A DNA stretch of 50,137 nt from positions 1-50,137 of the forward strand of contig CAZSSJ010000005.1 of the NCBI GenBank assembly GCA_964609775.1. Reading direction: 5' to 3'. Below, in pieces: positions 18,016 through 28,043 of the stretch. The position numbers and the translations under genes are program-made. This stretch comes from an uncultured Gammaproteobacteria bacterium. Its GTDB lineage: Bacteria; Patescibacteriota; Microgenomatia; JAMCZE01. A model generated the notes under the pieces. It did not search any database and was not told the DNA's origin. It saw only the letters and a program-made list of their open reading frames with translations. Positions within the stretch are counted from its first letter, which is position 1. Every line of letters starts with the position of its first letter.

Positions 18016-18035
18016 CCACGGGCCTTAGCCCGTGG
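18016..18035. terminator. GC-rich hairpin, candidate bidirectional terminator at the end of the copper cluster
   Basis: CCACGGGC-CTTA-GCCCGTGG. On the minus strand it is followed by TTTCTCTT just after the stop of the 41-aa ORF. On the plus strand a T6 run begins 9 nt after the stem, within the sequence AGGCTCATTTTTT. Confidence 0.45.
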
Positions 18036-18039
18036 AGGC

Positions 18040-18165
18040 TCATTTTTTGTTCAGCATTTTCCAAAAAAAGGCAACTCCCAGAGCTAGGAAAACTATTAAT
18101 AGTAACCAGGTAACCAGGCCGAAGAGTCCCCAGCCGGACATCATTCCACCATAATAGCCCATCAT
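18040..18165 (-). CDS. Small hydrophobic peptide (41 aa), not in the ORF track
   Basis: Manual translation MMGYYGGMMSGWGLFGLVTWLLLIVFLALGVAFFWKMLNKK. GAGGTG lies 8 nt upstream of the ATG, 12 nt after the stop of the preceding gene. Confidence 0.5.
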   Translation of the reverse strand: MMGYYGGMMSGWGLFGLVTWLLLIVFLALGVAFFWKMLNKK

Positions 18166-18177
18166 AATTTGGTCACC

Positions 18178-18432
18178 TCATTTCTTTGAGAACATATTAA
18201 GGCTCCAGCCAAACAAATATCCTGAAACCCAAGCAATTACAGTAAAAAGAATTCCTCCAAAAACAGCCGAAGATAAACTAAGATTAAAGTGCCCAATGCT
18301 TCCGAAAGAAAGTAAATCTGCGCCAGCTTGATAAAGATCGGGGAGGGCAATGGCTATTAGTGCGCAGGCGGCCCAAAGTATTGCTGCGGTAATAGCTGAG
18401 GCATTAGCAAATGATCGGGCAGGCAATTTCAC
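18178..18432 (-). CDS. Small membrane protein (2-3 TM) co-transcribed with copA
   Basis: 84-aa hydrophobic ORF starting 4 nt after the copA stop. Confidence 0.6.
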   Translation of the reverse strand: MKLPARSFANASAITAAILWAACALIAIALPDLYQAGADLLSFGSIGHFNLSLSSAVFGGILFTVIAWVSGYLFGWSLNMFSKK

Positions 18433-18436
18433 AGAC

Positions 18437-21226
18437 TTACTTTACCATTCCAGAACTGAATCTGGCAAATTCGATAAATAATAGTGTAAAAGCAATAACC
18501 ATTCCAATCGGAGCGTACGCAGAGAGATAGTTTTTCTTGCCGGGTTGATATTTTCGCAGGAGTAGCGAATTCCCTACGACTGAAATTGAACTTAATGCCA
18601 TGGCAAGCCCCGCCAGTTCCGGCTTGAGCACTAAGCCTAATCCAATAAAAACTCTCGCTGCGACCGGAATTCCAATCACGTTGTAAAAAAGGGCAAAGAA
18701 CATGTTTTGTTTAATCTTTCCCATCGTTTCTTTTGAAAGATCAACAGCATTTACAACATCCCGCAGGTCATTTTTAATGATCACGATCCCACCGGTTTCC
18801 ATGGCCACATCGGTCCCGCTGCCCATGGCAATGCCCAACTCTGCTTGAGCCAGAGCCGGGGCATCGTTGATGCCATCCCCCACCATCGCTACTTTTTTGC
18901 CCGATTTCTGAAGCTTCTTAACCTCGTTGGCTTTATCTTCCGGCAACACTTCAGCCAAGATATTGGTAATACCAACTTGTGAGGCGATTGCTTTTGCTGT
19001 TCTAGCATTGTCCCCAGTGATCATCCAAACGTCGATTCCCCGTTTCTTGAGCGCTTCCACCGCCTCCCGAGAGGTGTCTTTAACCGTGTCAGCCACGGCT
19101 ACCATTCCCAGAAGTTCTTTCTCAGACGCTAAAATCATCACCGTCTTACCCTGATTTTCCAAAGATTCAATTTGATAATTTAATAGCCCTATCTCCAGCT
19201 TTAGATTTTCAGTAATAAGTTTCCTGTTTCCAAAAAAATATCTTTGGTTTTTTATTTCTCCTTCAACCCCGCGACCGGGAAGCGCCCTAAAGGACCGGAC
19301 TTCTTCAAATTCAATTCCCTGACCTTGGGCATAGGTGTAGATTGCTTCTGCCAAAGAATGTTCCGACTGTTTTTCCAAACTGGCAGCAATATTTAATATT
19401 TGATTTGTATTTTTGCCATTTGAGATTTGAGATTTGATATCAATTACGTCTGTCACTTCCGGTTTACCCTTCGTCAGGGTACCTGTTTTGTCAAAAACAA
19501 TCGCGTTAATTTTGCAAGCGGCCTCCAGAGGTTCACCGCCCTTGACTAAGATCCCGTGCTCTGCACCTTTACCTGTCCCCACCATTATTGCCGTCGGTGT
19601 AGCTAGTCCTAGGGCGCAGGGACAGGCGATGACAATCACAGCTGTAAAGGCCATTAGGGCAAAAGAGAGTGGAGCGCTAAGGACAAAGAACCAAACAATG
19701 AAAGTAAGAGCCGCAATACCGATTACGGTTGGTACAAAATAAGCTGAAATCCGATCGGCAAAGGCTTGAATTGGGGCTTTGGACCCTTGGGCATCCTCAA
19801 CAAGTTTAATTATTTGCGACAAAGTCGTTTCCGCTCCTAGCCGTGTGGGGCGAAATTCAAAACTGCCGGTTTTATTAATTGTCCCTCCAATAACCGAGTC
19901 TTCCTGATGTTTCTCGACAGGTAGACTTTCTCCTGTAATCATTGATTCATCAACTGCGGATGAACCCTTAAGAATAATTCCGTCCACGGGAATTTTTTCT
20001 CCCGGACGAACGACAACGATATCCGCTTTTGTTACCTGGTCTACAGGGATATCAATGGTTGCCCCGTCTCTTATTACCCGAGCCGTTTTAGCCTGAAGAC
20101 CCATTAGCTTTTTAATAGCATCTGAGGTTCGCCCCTTAGCTTTTGCTTCCAGAAACTTTCCCAAAATGACAAAGGTAATTAAGAAGGCAGCAGTTTCAAA
20201 ATACAGCTCGGGTATTTTCATTCCCTCAAGGCCGATGAACGAATCGCTCACTGCTACATAGCGAAGGTAATTAATTAAGCTGTAGAAAAAAGCGACTGAA
20301 GTTCCAATTGCAATGAGTGAGTCCATGTTAAATGTTTTCATCCGCAGTGCCGACCACATGCCTTTATAGAACCCGGACCCCAAAACAAATTGAACTGGAG
20401 TGGCTAACAGTAGTGAAACTATCCCAACATAAGGAAGCAACAACTTCGCTCCAGGCAGAAAGCCAAAGAAGTCGAGGAGCATGAAATAGAACATCGGGGC
20501 GGAGAGAATCAGTCCGGCAAGAAAATTGGTAAACTGAGCTCTTATTTCTGATTGCTGTCTCTGGGTGTCCGCTTGGGTGTTTTTTGCATCCACAAGCCGA
20601 GCCTTATACCCGGCTTTAACCACGGCATTAGTTAGGTCTTCAACCTTGGCTGGACTTTCAAAAAGCACATTGGCTTTTTCAGCGGCAAAGTTGACCCGAG
20701 CCTCTTTAACACCGGGAACTTTTCTAAGAGCGCGTTCAATTAGAGAAGCGCAGGAAGAACAGTGCATACCATATAGATTAAAATTCACTTTTTGAGTGTC
20801 ACTTGTCTCTTTAGGAGAGGATAATGTTTCTTGTATTGGCGCCAGCTTATTGTCTGTTTGCTGTGTTGAACCAAGGACTAATTTTCCTCTAAATCTAAAT
20901 CCTCCTTCGGGTTTTTGGCCAACTTCTCCTTCAATGCCGATCTCTTTCGGCAATTCAACCTGGAAAGAATTTAAAGTTAACCGCTCTTGCTTCGAAAAGC
21001 CGTTTGTTTTAGGAGTAATGAGCGTCCCTTTATAACCGGCTTTTTCGATGGCTGCCAAAATTCCTTGAGAATCAGCCGAACCATTAGCAAATTTCACACT
21101 GCCTAACCCTGATTTGTGATCAATCTGAACTTCCGCAATATCCTGCAGTGCCAGAATCTCTTCTTTGATTAGCATTTCGCAAGACTGGCAATGCATTCCG
21201 GAAACCTGAAAATCTAGCCTAGTCAT
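18437..21226 (-). CDS. copA: Cu(I)-translocating P1B-type ATPase with two N-terminal HMA domains
   Basis: 929 aa. GMHCQSC and GMHCSSC, TGES, CPC ([12 protein letters not shown]), [17 protein letters not shown]5 YN and TM6 MALSS. Confidence 0.92.
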   Translation of the reverse strand: MTRLDFQVSGMHCQSCEMLIKEEILALQDIAEVQIDHKSGLGSVKFANGSADSQGILAAIEKAGYKGTLITPKTNGFSKQERLTLNSFQVELPKEIGIEGEVGQKPEGGFRFRGKLVLGSTQQTDNKLAPIQETLSSPKETSDTQKVNFNLYGMHCSSCASLIERALRKVPGVKEARVNFAAEKANVLFESPAKVEDLTNAVVKAGYKARLVDAKNTQADTQRQQSEIRAQFTNFLAGLILSAPMFYFMLLDFFGFLPGAKLLLPYVGIVSLLLATPVQFVLGSGFYKGMWSALRMKTFNMDSLIAIGTSVAFFYSLINYLRYVAVSDSFIGLEGMKIPELYFETAAFLITFVILGKFLEAKAKGRTSDAIKKLMGLQAKTARVIRDGATIDIPVDQVTKADIVVVRPGEKIPVDGIILKGSSAVDESMITGESLPVEKHQEDSVIGGTINKTGSFEFRPTRLGAETTLSQIIKLVEDAQGSKAPIQAFADRISAYFVPTVIGIAALTFIVWFFVLSAPLSFALMAFTAVIVIACPCALGLATPTAIMVGTGKGAEHGILVKGGEPLEAACKINAIVFDKTGTLTKGKPEVTDVIDIKSQISNGKNTNQILNIAASLEKQSEHSLAEAIYTYAQGQGIEFEEVRSFRALPGRGVEGEIKNQRYFFGNRKLITENLKLEIGLLNYQIESLENQGKTVMILASEKELLGMVAVADTVKDTSREAVEALKKRGIDVWMITGDNARTAKAIASQVGITNILAEVLPEDKANEVKKLQKSGKKVAMVGDGINDAPALAQAELGIAMGSGTDVAMETGGIVIIKNDLRDVVNAVDLSKETMGKIKQNMFFALFYNVIGIPVAARVFIGLGLVLKPELAGLAMALSSISVVGNSLLLRKYQPGKKNYLSAYAPIGMVIAFTLLFIEFARFSSGMVK

Positions 21227-21231
21227 GGGTT

Positions 21232-21456
21232 TTAGGCGACAATACTTATGGCTTGATAATTAGTTCCTTCCAATATTTTATTGACCTCTTCTAGAGTAGT
21301 TGTTCGACTTCTGGTAATTTCGGCAACCGCACTTCCTAGATCTACATGAACATCTACTACGTCAGGGATTTGTTGAATTCTTTTAGCCGTCAGTTTTTGA
21401 CAAGCCTGACAATGGAGTCCAGATAGTTTAACCTTTGTGACAATTTGTTGATCCAT
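21232..21456 (-). CDS. copZ: Copper chaperone, single HMA domain
   Basis: 74 aa. [10 protein letters not shown] metal-binding CxxC in a ferredoxin-like length. Confidence 0.8.
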   Translation of the reverse strand: MDQQIVTKVKLSGLHCQACQKLTAKRIQQIPDVVDVHVDLGSAVAEITRSRTTTLEEVNKILEGTNYQAISIVA

Positions 21457-21460
21457 TTTT

Positions 21461-21480
21461 TTAATTAATTAATTAATTAA
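21461..21480. repeat. (TTAA)5 palindromic microsatellite
   Basis: ttaattaattaattaattaa, between the stop of the 610-aa gene and the copZ start. Confidence 0.9.
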
Positions 21481-21482
21481 AA

Positions 21483-23315
21483 CTAGTTAACAAGAATTTC
21501 CCCGCGAGGGACTCCCATGGCACAAGTAATCGGGAAGCTGCCTTTTCTGTTGGGAGTAAATTCAAAAATTGTGGTTTTTCCGGCAGTAAGAAGATCGACT
21601 TTGGTGGTTAATGAAGGAATTGTAATACTCCCCATGCATCCTTGACCATCTTCTTTGGCTTGGACTTCAAAACGCACCGGTTGACCGGCTTTAACCGTAA
21701 ATCTGTTTGGGCGAAGGTCCTCGTTTACTGTAAAGATAGTTTTAATCACCTGCGCTTGGCCAGTTTTCCGTGCTCCTCCACCCGCTTCGCCCGCGAAGCG
21801 AGGCGAGCCACAACCACAACCGCCTCCGCCGCCACACGATCCACCACCAGCCCCGATTTGATCGGGGCCAGAAGGAGCGGCAACTTGAGGCTGAGCGGCT
21901 GTCAGGGTGGCGGCACTTGTCTGAGTATTAGTCGCCGCGCCATCAACGACATTGAATGCTCCGGTGAACATGCCCATGCTACAGGAAAATCTGACCGTCC
22001 CGATTTCCGTGGGCGTAAATTCAATCACATTTTCTCCCGGGCTCAAAGATTTTCGAATATTAAGTTGTGAGGAAATGATACTGGAGGCACACGTATTAGC
22101 GTCGGTGGAATTAATCACCCACCGCACCGGAATATTTCTCTTAATTGTAAACATGTTTGGGGAATAACCACTTCCCGACTGGGTCATGCGCACAATTTGG
22201 ACACCGTTTTCTAAAGTCACATTTGGATCGGTGTTGTTGACCGCGGCCACGGACACCGGGCCGAAAATGGTGGCAATAATCTCTCCGGGATTAAAATTAA
22301 AACCAGTCAAGTTGTAGCCATTATTAATGTTAAAGAGGGCTAAGAAGATCACGACAACCCCGGCAGTTTTGAAAAAAAGTCTGGCAGCGGCGCCCTTGAC
22401 AACCGAGGTCAAACCGCCAACTCCTAGAAGTCCCGGGGCGGTTCCAATCGCAAATACCCCCAACGTTAATGCACCCGTAACTGCACTTCCTGAACCCATA
22501 GCAAAAAGGACCATCGCTTGAGTGAAGGCGCAGGGCAGAAAGAAAGTAGTCGCTCCCAAAACCGCGGCATTTTTGTGACTGTATTCCTTCTCGCTTTGCT
22601 CCTTGATCCCAAACAAGCGACTGATTTCCTTGGGCAAAGTGATGTTAATTCCCCGAAGAAAGGGAAATATTTCCAAAAGCTGGGCTCCCAAAAGAAGCAT
22701 CACCATGCCAACGGCAATGATTAAAATTCCCAAAACCGATGAGGAAAGCTGAAAAAATGATCCCAGAAAGCCAACAATTGCCCCAAAAATGGCGTAGGAG
22801 ACAATTCGTCCAGCATTGAAAAACAAATGCGGTTTAAATTTTTCTGCCGTGGTGGCGTTGGGGTGCTTCTCGGCAAACTTTGCCGACGCTCCCAAAACTA
22901 GCCCCCCGATTAAAGCCATGCAGGTGGAAACTCCCGCCGTCAGACCAACGAGAAAGACAATCGGCAGACTGCTGTAATTATTGGAAGAGACCCAGCTAAT
23001 ATGAAACAAGCCCAGACCCTTGGCCACGAAGAACAGGTCAAGCGCCAGGAAAATGGCAATTCCCAAGTCCCGCCAGTCGCGCGGGTTTGTGGAAAGAAGC
23101 GGTTTTTCGTCAACTCCGAGGCAGTATCCGGCATTATTAACCGCTTGTTCAATGTGTTTTGGATCAATCTCACAGTCACACTCTATCTCCGCTGTTCCGG
23201 CCCTTTGGCTTACGATTGCTTTTTTAACTCCCGGAACTTTGAGAAGTTCATCCTCAACAAGAAGTTCGCAACTCCGACAGTGCATTCCCTTAATACAAAC
23301 GGTGTTTTTCTTCAT
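21483..23315 (-). CDS. Fusion protein: HMA domain + TauE/DsbD_2-like permease + Gly/Cys linker + two cupredoxin-like domains
   Basis: 610 aa. GMHCRSCE; about 8 TM helices with membrane Cys (STCMAL, LPCAFTQ); FSCSMGMFTGAFNV; linker GGGSCGGGGGCGCGS; second domain ITCAMGVPRGEILV. Confidence 0.75.
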   Translation of the reverse strand: MKKNTVCIKGMHCRSCELLVEDELLKVPGVKKAIVSQRAGTAEIECDCEIDPKHIEQAVNNAGYCLGVDEKPLLSTNPRDWRDLGIAIFLALDLFFVAKGLGLFHISWVSSNNYSSLPIVFLVGLTAGVSTCMALIGGLVLGASAKFAEKHPNATTAEKFKPHLFFNAGRIVSYAIFGAIVGFLGSFFQLSSSVLGILIIAVGMVMLLLGAQLLEIFPFLRGINITLPKEISRLFGIKEQSEKEYSHKNAAVLGATTFFLPCAFTQAMVLFAMGSGSAVTGALTLGVFAIGTAPGLLGVGGLTSVVKGAAARLFFKTAGVVVIFLALFNINNGYNLTGFNFNPGEIIATIFGPVSVAAVNNTDPNVTLENGVQIVRMTQSGSGYSPNMFTIKRNIPVRWVINSTDANTCASSIISSQLNIRKSLSPGENVIEFTPTEIGTVRFSCSMGMFTGAFNVVDGAATNTQTSAATLTAAQPQVAAPSGPDQIGAGGGSCGGGGGCGCGSPRFAGEAGGGARKTGQAQVIKTIFTVNEDLRPNRFTVKAGQPVRFEVQAKEDGQGCMGSITIPSLTTKVDLLTAGKTTIFEFTPNRKGSFPITCAMGVPRGEILVN

Positions 23316-23365
23316 GTGACCGAGTTTACAAGAACGAAGATTAAGAAATTATGAAGATTAGATGA

Positions 23366-25612
23366 TTAAATATCAACTAAATCTTTTTCCACTCTTTTAA
23401 GCAGAACGGCATTAGTTGCTACAATAATTGATGAGAGAGACATGAGAAGAGCTGAGACCTCAGGCCGCAGAGTGATTCCAAATCGAGGATAGAGGATCCC
23501 GGCAGCGACGGGAATTGCCAAAAGATTATAGATTGACGCCCAAAAGAGATTTTGTTTCATTTTGGTAACGGTGGCTTTAGAAAGTCTAATTACCCTCAAA
23601 ATATCCAAGGGATCAGATTTCATCAAAACGACTTTAGCCGTTTCAATGGCCACATCGGTTCCGGCTCCAATGGCGATGCCAATGTCCGCTCGAGCCAAAG
23701 CGGGGGCATCGTTAACTCCATCGCCAACCATGGCCACAAATTTCCCCTCATCTTGCAGTTTCTTGACATACTTTTCCTTGTCTTCCGGCAGAACTTCGGC
23801 AAAGACTCGATCAATCGCCAGTTTTTTGCCAATCATTTCGGCCGTCTTTTGATTGTCTCCTGTAATCATTGCCACCTCTAATCCAAGTGCTTTCAACTTA
23901 TCAATAGTAGTTTTAGCCGTATTCTTAACTGGATCTAATGCCCCAGCCACTCCCGCAACCTTGCCATTAATTGCTAGCACCATAATTGTTTTCCCGTCCG
24001 TTAGTAGTCGGTCAATAGCTTTTTGAATAGAGGACAGATCGACTTTATTGTCCTCCATTAACTTTACAGTACCTACTAATATTTGCTTGCCTTCCACCGC
24101 GGCGGAAACGCCATGCCCGGCCAGGTTCTTAAAGCTCTCAACCCTTGCGGGGACAACAATTTTTCGTCGCCTTGCTTCCTCAAGAACTGCTTTACTTAAT
24201 GGGTGGCTGGATTTTGCTTCAGCGGCAGCATCGAGACGAAGCACTTCCTCCACTGAAAATCCTTTAGCTGGAACTACATCAGTAATTTTGGGTTTGCCTT
24301 CTGTCAGGGTCCCGGTCTTGTCAAGAACAACAGCCTGAATTTTAGAAACTTGTTCCAGCGTAGGGGCATCTTTTATCAAGATATTATGTTTTGCTCCCAA
24401 ACCGGTACCCACTGCCACAGCGGTTGGGGTGGCCAGGCCCAAAGCGTCCGGGCAAGCAATAACCACTGTCGAGATGGCAAAGGTTAAAGCAAACATTAAC
24501 GGTTGCCCGGCAATAAGAAACCAGAAGGCAAAAGTGAGAAGTCCTCCACCGACGGCCACAATAACCAGGTATTTTGCAAATCGGTCAGCTATCTTTTGCC
24601 CAGGAGCTTTCGAATTTTGGGCAATTTCCACCATTTTGACGATTTGAGCAAGAGCAGTGTCTTCACCCACTTTAGTGGCTTTAAATTGGACCGAGCCAGT
24701 TTGGTTAATTGTTCCACCGATGACTTTGTCCCCCATAACTTTAGAAACCGGTAGCGACTCGCCAGTGACCAGGGCTTCGTCAATTGATGTCTCTCCGGAA
24801 GTGGTTTCTCCATCGACGGGAACTTTATCTCCTGGCTTAAGTATGAGTATGTCTCCCAACCTGACGTCCGACGTGGGGACGAGTATTTCCTGATTATTTC
24901 TCAGCACTCTTGCTTGTGGCGGGACCAGATTAAAAAGTGCTTGCAAAGCATCAGTTGTCCCTCGTCTTGATTTCATCTCCATCCAGTGGCCAAAAAGAAC
25001 AAAAGTAATCAGCATCGCCGCCGCTTCGTAATAGGAATCCACGCTTCCGAGTAGGGTCAGGCCAATGCTAAAACCATAAGCGGCAGTAATCCCCACCGCG
25101 ATTAAAACCGCCATATTAAGCGTTTTTGCCTGGAGGGCTTTATACGTCGAATAGAGAAAAATCCAGCCAGAGTAGAAAAAGACCGGTGTTGTTAAGAGAA
25201 ATAGCAGCCAAGGCACAGGAATTGGTGAGGGTAGGGAAATCTTTAGAAATTCGGTGGCCACTGGCGAGTAGAAAATTATTGGAATAGAAAGGGCCAGGGC
25301 AAAGAAGAATTTATTTCGGATGTCTTCTTCCATCAGTCCTGCCATTTCCCGGCCAGCCAGTCCGGTGTGCTCCATCCCCATGCTCATCGTCATGCTCATC
25401 TTAAACTTCTCCCAAAAACCCCAGCCAATGCCTTCGCTTCGGCCGGCAGGCATTTCTGAAACCGCCTTCATCTTGCGCTCCTCATATCCTCCGTGTTCTT
25501 TACTGTGAACTGTCAACTGTGAACTCTCAACCAATTTCATCCCACATTTGGGGCAAGTGCCGGGCTTGTCCGACTGAATTTCCGGATGCATGGGGCAGGT
25601 ATATATTTTCAC
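23366..25612 (-). CDS. P1B-type heavy-metal ATPase with N-terminal CPMHPE..CPKCGM metal-binding domain, Met-rich segment and CPD motif
   Basis: 748 aa. MKIYTCPMHPEIQSDKPGTCPKCGMKL, MSMTMSMGMEH, TGES, IACPDALGLATP, DKTGTLT, GDGVNDAP, TM5 YN, TM6 MSLSS. Confidence 0.9.
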   Translation of the reverse strand: MKIYTCPMHPEIQSDKPGTCPKCGMKLVESSQLTVHSKEHGGYEERKMKAVSEMPAGRSEGIGWGFWEKFKMSMTMSMGMEHTGLAGREMAGLMEEDIRNKFFFALALSIPIIFYSPVATEFLKISLPSPIPVPWLLFLLTTPVFFYSGWIFLYSTYKALQAKTLNMAVLIAVGITAAYGFSIGLTLLGSVDSYYEAAAMLITFVLFGHWMEMKSRRGTTDALQALFNLVPPQARVLRNNQEILVPTSDVRLGDILILKPGDKVPVDGETTSGETSIDEALVTGESLPVSKVMGDKVIGGTINQTGSVQFKATKVGEDTALAQIVKMVEIAQNSKAPGQKIADRFAKYLVIVAVGGGLLTFAFWFLIAGQPLMFALTFAISTVVIACPDALGLATPTAVAVGTGLGAKHNILIKDAPTLEQVSKIQAVVLDKTGTLTEGKPKITDVVPAKGFSVEEVLRLDAAAEAKSSHPLSKAVLEEARRRKIVVPARVESFKNLAGHGVSAAVEGKQILVGTVKLMEDNKVDLSSIQKAIDRLLTDGKTIMVLAINGKVAGVAGALDPVKNTAKTTIDKLKALGLEVAMITGDNQKTAEMIGKKLAIDRVFAEVLPEDKEKYVKKLQDEGKFVAMVGDGVNDAPALARADIGIAIGAGTDVAIETAKVVLMKSDPLDILRVIRLSKATVTKMKQNLFWASIYNLLAIPVAAGILYPRFGITLRPEVSALLMSLSSIIVATNAVLLKRVEKDLVDI

Positions 25613-25679
25613 AATTCCATTCTACTGCAGATTTATGAGGATTTTGTTAAGAGGGAGTGTAAGGTTTAGATGAAGAATT

Positions 25680-25841
25680 TTAATGTTTATGTCCGCCACT
25701 CTTCACCATCCAGAAGTGCATTAACGGACAAAGGAGAACAACTCCAAATAAAAAGACCGATCCGACAGGAATTTTGAACACAAAGATTGCCGCTAATGCA
25801 CTAGCGATAAGCGCCAGGCATAATCCAATCGTTTTAGTCAT
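25680..25841 (-). CDS. DUF2933-like small membrane protein (53 aa), not in the ORF track
   Basis: Manual translation MTKTIGLCLALIASALAAIFVFKIPVGSVFLFGVVLLCPLMHFWMVKSGGHKH. The LLCPLMH motif plus a His-rich tail is typical of DUF2933 peptides in metal-resistance operons. Confidence 0.55.
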   Translation of the reverse strand: MTKTIGLCLALIASALAAIFVFKIPVGSVFLFGVVLLCPLMHFWMVKSGGHKH

Positions 25842-25887
25842 GGCCAGATGATAGCACCAGTTACATTAAGAAATTATGAAATTGAAG

Positions 25888-27288
25888 TTAAGAAGTTTTA
25901 AGGGGGAGCCTGATCACGACCGTCGTACCTTTCCCAATCTCACTGTCAATGGAGATGCTCCCCCCGTGCGCAGAAACAATTGCTTGGGCAATAGCGAGTC
26001 CCAGCCCTGATCCGAGAACTTTCTCTGTCTTAGACCCACGATAGAACCTATCAAACACTCTTGGTAATTCATCGGAAGATATGCCGGCCCCAGTGTCGAC
26101 AATTGTAAGGAGAGCAAAATCTTTCAATCTCCCCAGACTGACCTCTACTTTCCCTTTAGCTGGAGTATATTTGACTGCATTATCAATGACGTTAAGAATT
26201 GCCCGAAAGAGTTTGTCCCGTTTGCCAAAGATAACTATATTCGCCTCGACTTTCCCCATCACTTTTATTTTTTTACCCCCGGCCATTTTAGAGGCTAGGT
26301 CTTTTAGTTCGAGAACCAGGTCCGAAAGGTTGAAAGTCTCTTTTATCTTTTTTGATTGATCGGCGGCGGACCAAGCCAGATCAAGAACGTTGGTCAGAGT
26401 CCCGGACAGCCGGTCAATGTCCACAAGCATCTCCATCAGAACATTTTTATACTCCTCTTTTGATCGGTCTTTTGAAGTGGCAATCTCCACACTGCTTCGG
26501 ATTGTTGCAAGCGGAGTCTTAAGTTCATGGGCCACATCACCAATGAACTGCCTTTCCCGCTCAAATGCCGAATGCAAACGCTGCAACAGATCGTTAAAAG
26601 TCGTTGCCAATTCGGAAATTTCATCGCCCGTTTTTGGAACCTCTACTTGTTGGTTTAGATCCTGACTGGAAACTTGTTTTAATCTTGATGAAATGTCAGA
26701 AATAGGTTGCATCGCTTTTCGGGCAAGAAGATAGCTGCCAATAATCGTGGGGACAAAAAACAGAAGATAGACAATGACAAGAAGGATAAGAAGTGTATTT
26801 AGAGAGCGGTATATTGCTTCAACCGGGTCACCCATAAAAACGAGACCGAAAGTGTTGCCATTTTTAATGGCGGGAAACACTCCAATCCTAAGAAGGCTCG
26901 TCCCCACAGTTCTCTCGACAAAAGTTGGTTTAATGATTCCTGTCGATTTTTCAACCAGATCGGCAATTACCGGATTGTCATTTGCGCCCGCCTGGGAAGA
27001 AGCCACTATTTCTCCGGAAGAATCGGTGATAATGACCAGCATCCCCGGCATTTCCGAAAACTGCTGAGCAAGGACCCCTTGATTAAAAACGTTAAACATC
27101 ATCGTGGACTGACTTGCGGTAATAATGCTCACAATTGCTTGTCCGTGGGAGGTGATTCTATTATCGGTGTGAGAGAGAAGCGTTTGCTTGGTGATCACAT
27201 AAAAGGCAGCAAAAATAATGGCCGTACTTATGAAGAATGCTAAGGAATACCAAAGGGTGAGTCGGAAGCGGATGCTGCGAATATTCAT
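25888..27288 (-). CDS. Sensor histidine kinase (2 TM, HAMP, HisKA, HATPase), CusS/CopS-like
   Basis: H-box DVAHELKTPLATI, N box DNAVKYT, G boxes DTGAGI and GSGLGLAIA. ATG 27288 is preferred over the ORF-track TTG 27324. Confidence 0.88.
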   Translation of the reverse strand: MNIRSIRFRLTLWYSLAFFISTAIIFAAFYVITKQTLLSHTDNRITSHGQAIVSIITASQSTMMFNVFNQGVLAQQFSEMPGMLVIITDSSGEIVASSQAGANDNPVIADLVEKSTGIIKPTFVERTVGTSLLRIGVFPAIKNGNTFGLVFMGDPVEAIYRSLNTLLILLVIVYLLFFVPTIIGSYLLARKAMQPISDISSRLKQVSSQDLNQQVEVPKTGDEISELATTFNDLLQRLHSAFERERQFIGDVAHELKTPLATIRSSVEIATSKDRSKEEYKNVLMEMLVDIDRLSGTLTNVLDLAWSAADQSKKIKETFNLSDLVLELKDLASKMAGGKKIKVMGKVEANIVIFGKRDKLFRAILNVIDNAVKYTPAKGKVEVSLGRLKDFALLTIVDTGAGISSDELPRVFDRFYRGSKTEKVLGSGLGLAIAQAIVSAHGGSISIDSEIGKGTTVVIRLPLKTS

Positions 27289-27358
27289 AATTCTTAGGCC
27301 CACAGCGCCCAGCGAGGACCGCAAGGTTCGTGCGCGAGTTTTGCGAGCAGCACGGTTC

Positions 27359-28030
27359 TTATTCTACCCCAATTCGATACCCAACCCCATGAAGAGTTGT
27401 TAGTAGTTTTACTTTCGACGCTTTATCAATTTTCCTCCGAAGAGTGGCAATAAAGACGTCAACAACATTACTCATGCCTTCGAAATTATAGTCCCAAACA
27501 TGTTCAATGATCATCGTCCGAGTGACCACTTCGTTTTTGTGGTGCATCAAAAACTCCAGAACAGAAAACTCCTTAGGAGTAAGTAAAATATTCTTTCCCC
27601 CGCGAGTAACCGTGTGTTTAATAGGATCAAGTTCTAAGTCCGCTAGTGTTAGTGCTGTCAAGTGTTGGTTATGGCTGCGCCGGAGAAGCGCCTGGATTCT
27701 TGAACGAAGTTCCAAAAAGGAGAACGGTTTTTTAAGGTAGTCATCAGCCCCGTTGTCCAGACCAAGAGCCACATCTTCATCTTCAGTCTTGGCTGTGAGC
27801 ATCAAAATCGGAGTTCTGATATTTCTCTTACGTAAATTTTTGCACACTTCTACCCCACCCCGTTTTGGGAGCATGATGTCCAAAATAATGAGATCATAAT
27901 CTTCCGATTCGGCCAGATATTCCCCCTCTTCGCCGTCAAAGGCTTGATCAACGGCAAATCCTTGTTCCATCAAGCCTTTCTTTATATTGCCAGAGAGGCG
28001 TTTCTCGTCCTCAACCAGAAGTAGTCTCAT
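27359..28030 (-). CDS. OmpR-family response regulator
   Basis: MRLLLVEDE..., DLIILDIMLP, LTAK, winged-helix LTPKEFSVLEFL...VGYRI. The ORF-track extension to 28423 overlaps the upstream gene and was trimmed to the MRLLLVEDE start. Confidence 0.9.
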   Translation of the reverse strand: MRLLLVEDEKRLSGNIKKGLMEQGFAVDQAFDGEEGEYLAESEDYDLIILDIMLPKRGGVEVCKNLRKRNIRTPILMLTAKTEDEDVALGLDNGADDYLKKPFSFLELRSRIQALLRRSHNQHLTALTLADLELDPIKHTVTRGGKNILLTPKEFSVLEFLMHHKNEVVTRTMIIEHVWDYNFEGMSNVVDVFIATLRRKIDKASKVKLLTTLHGVGYRIGVE

Positions 28031-28043
28031 GGGGCATATTTTA

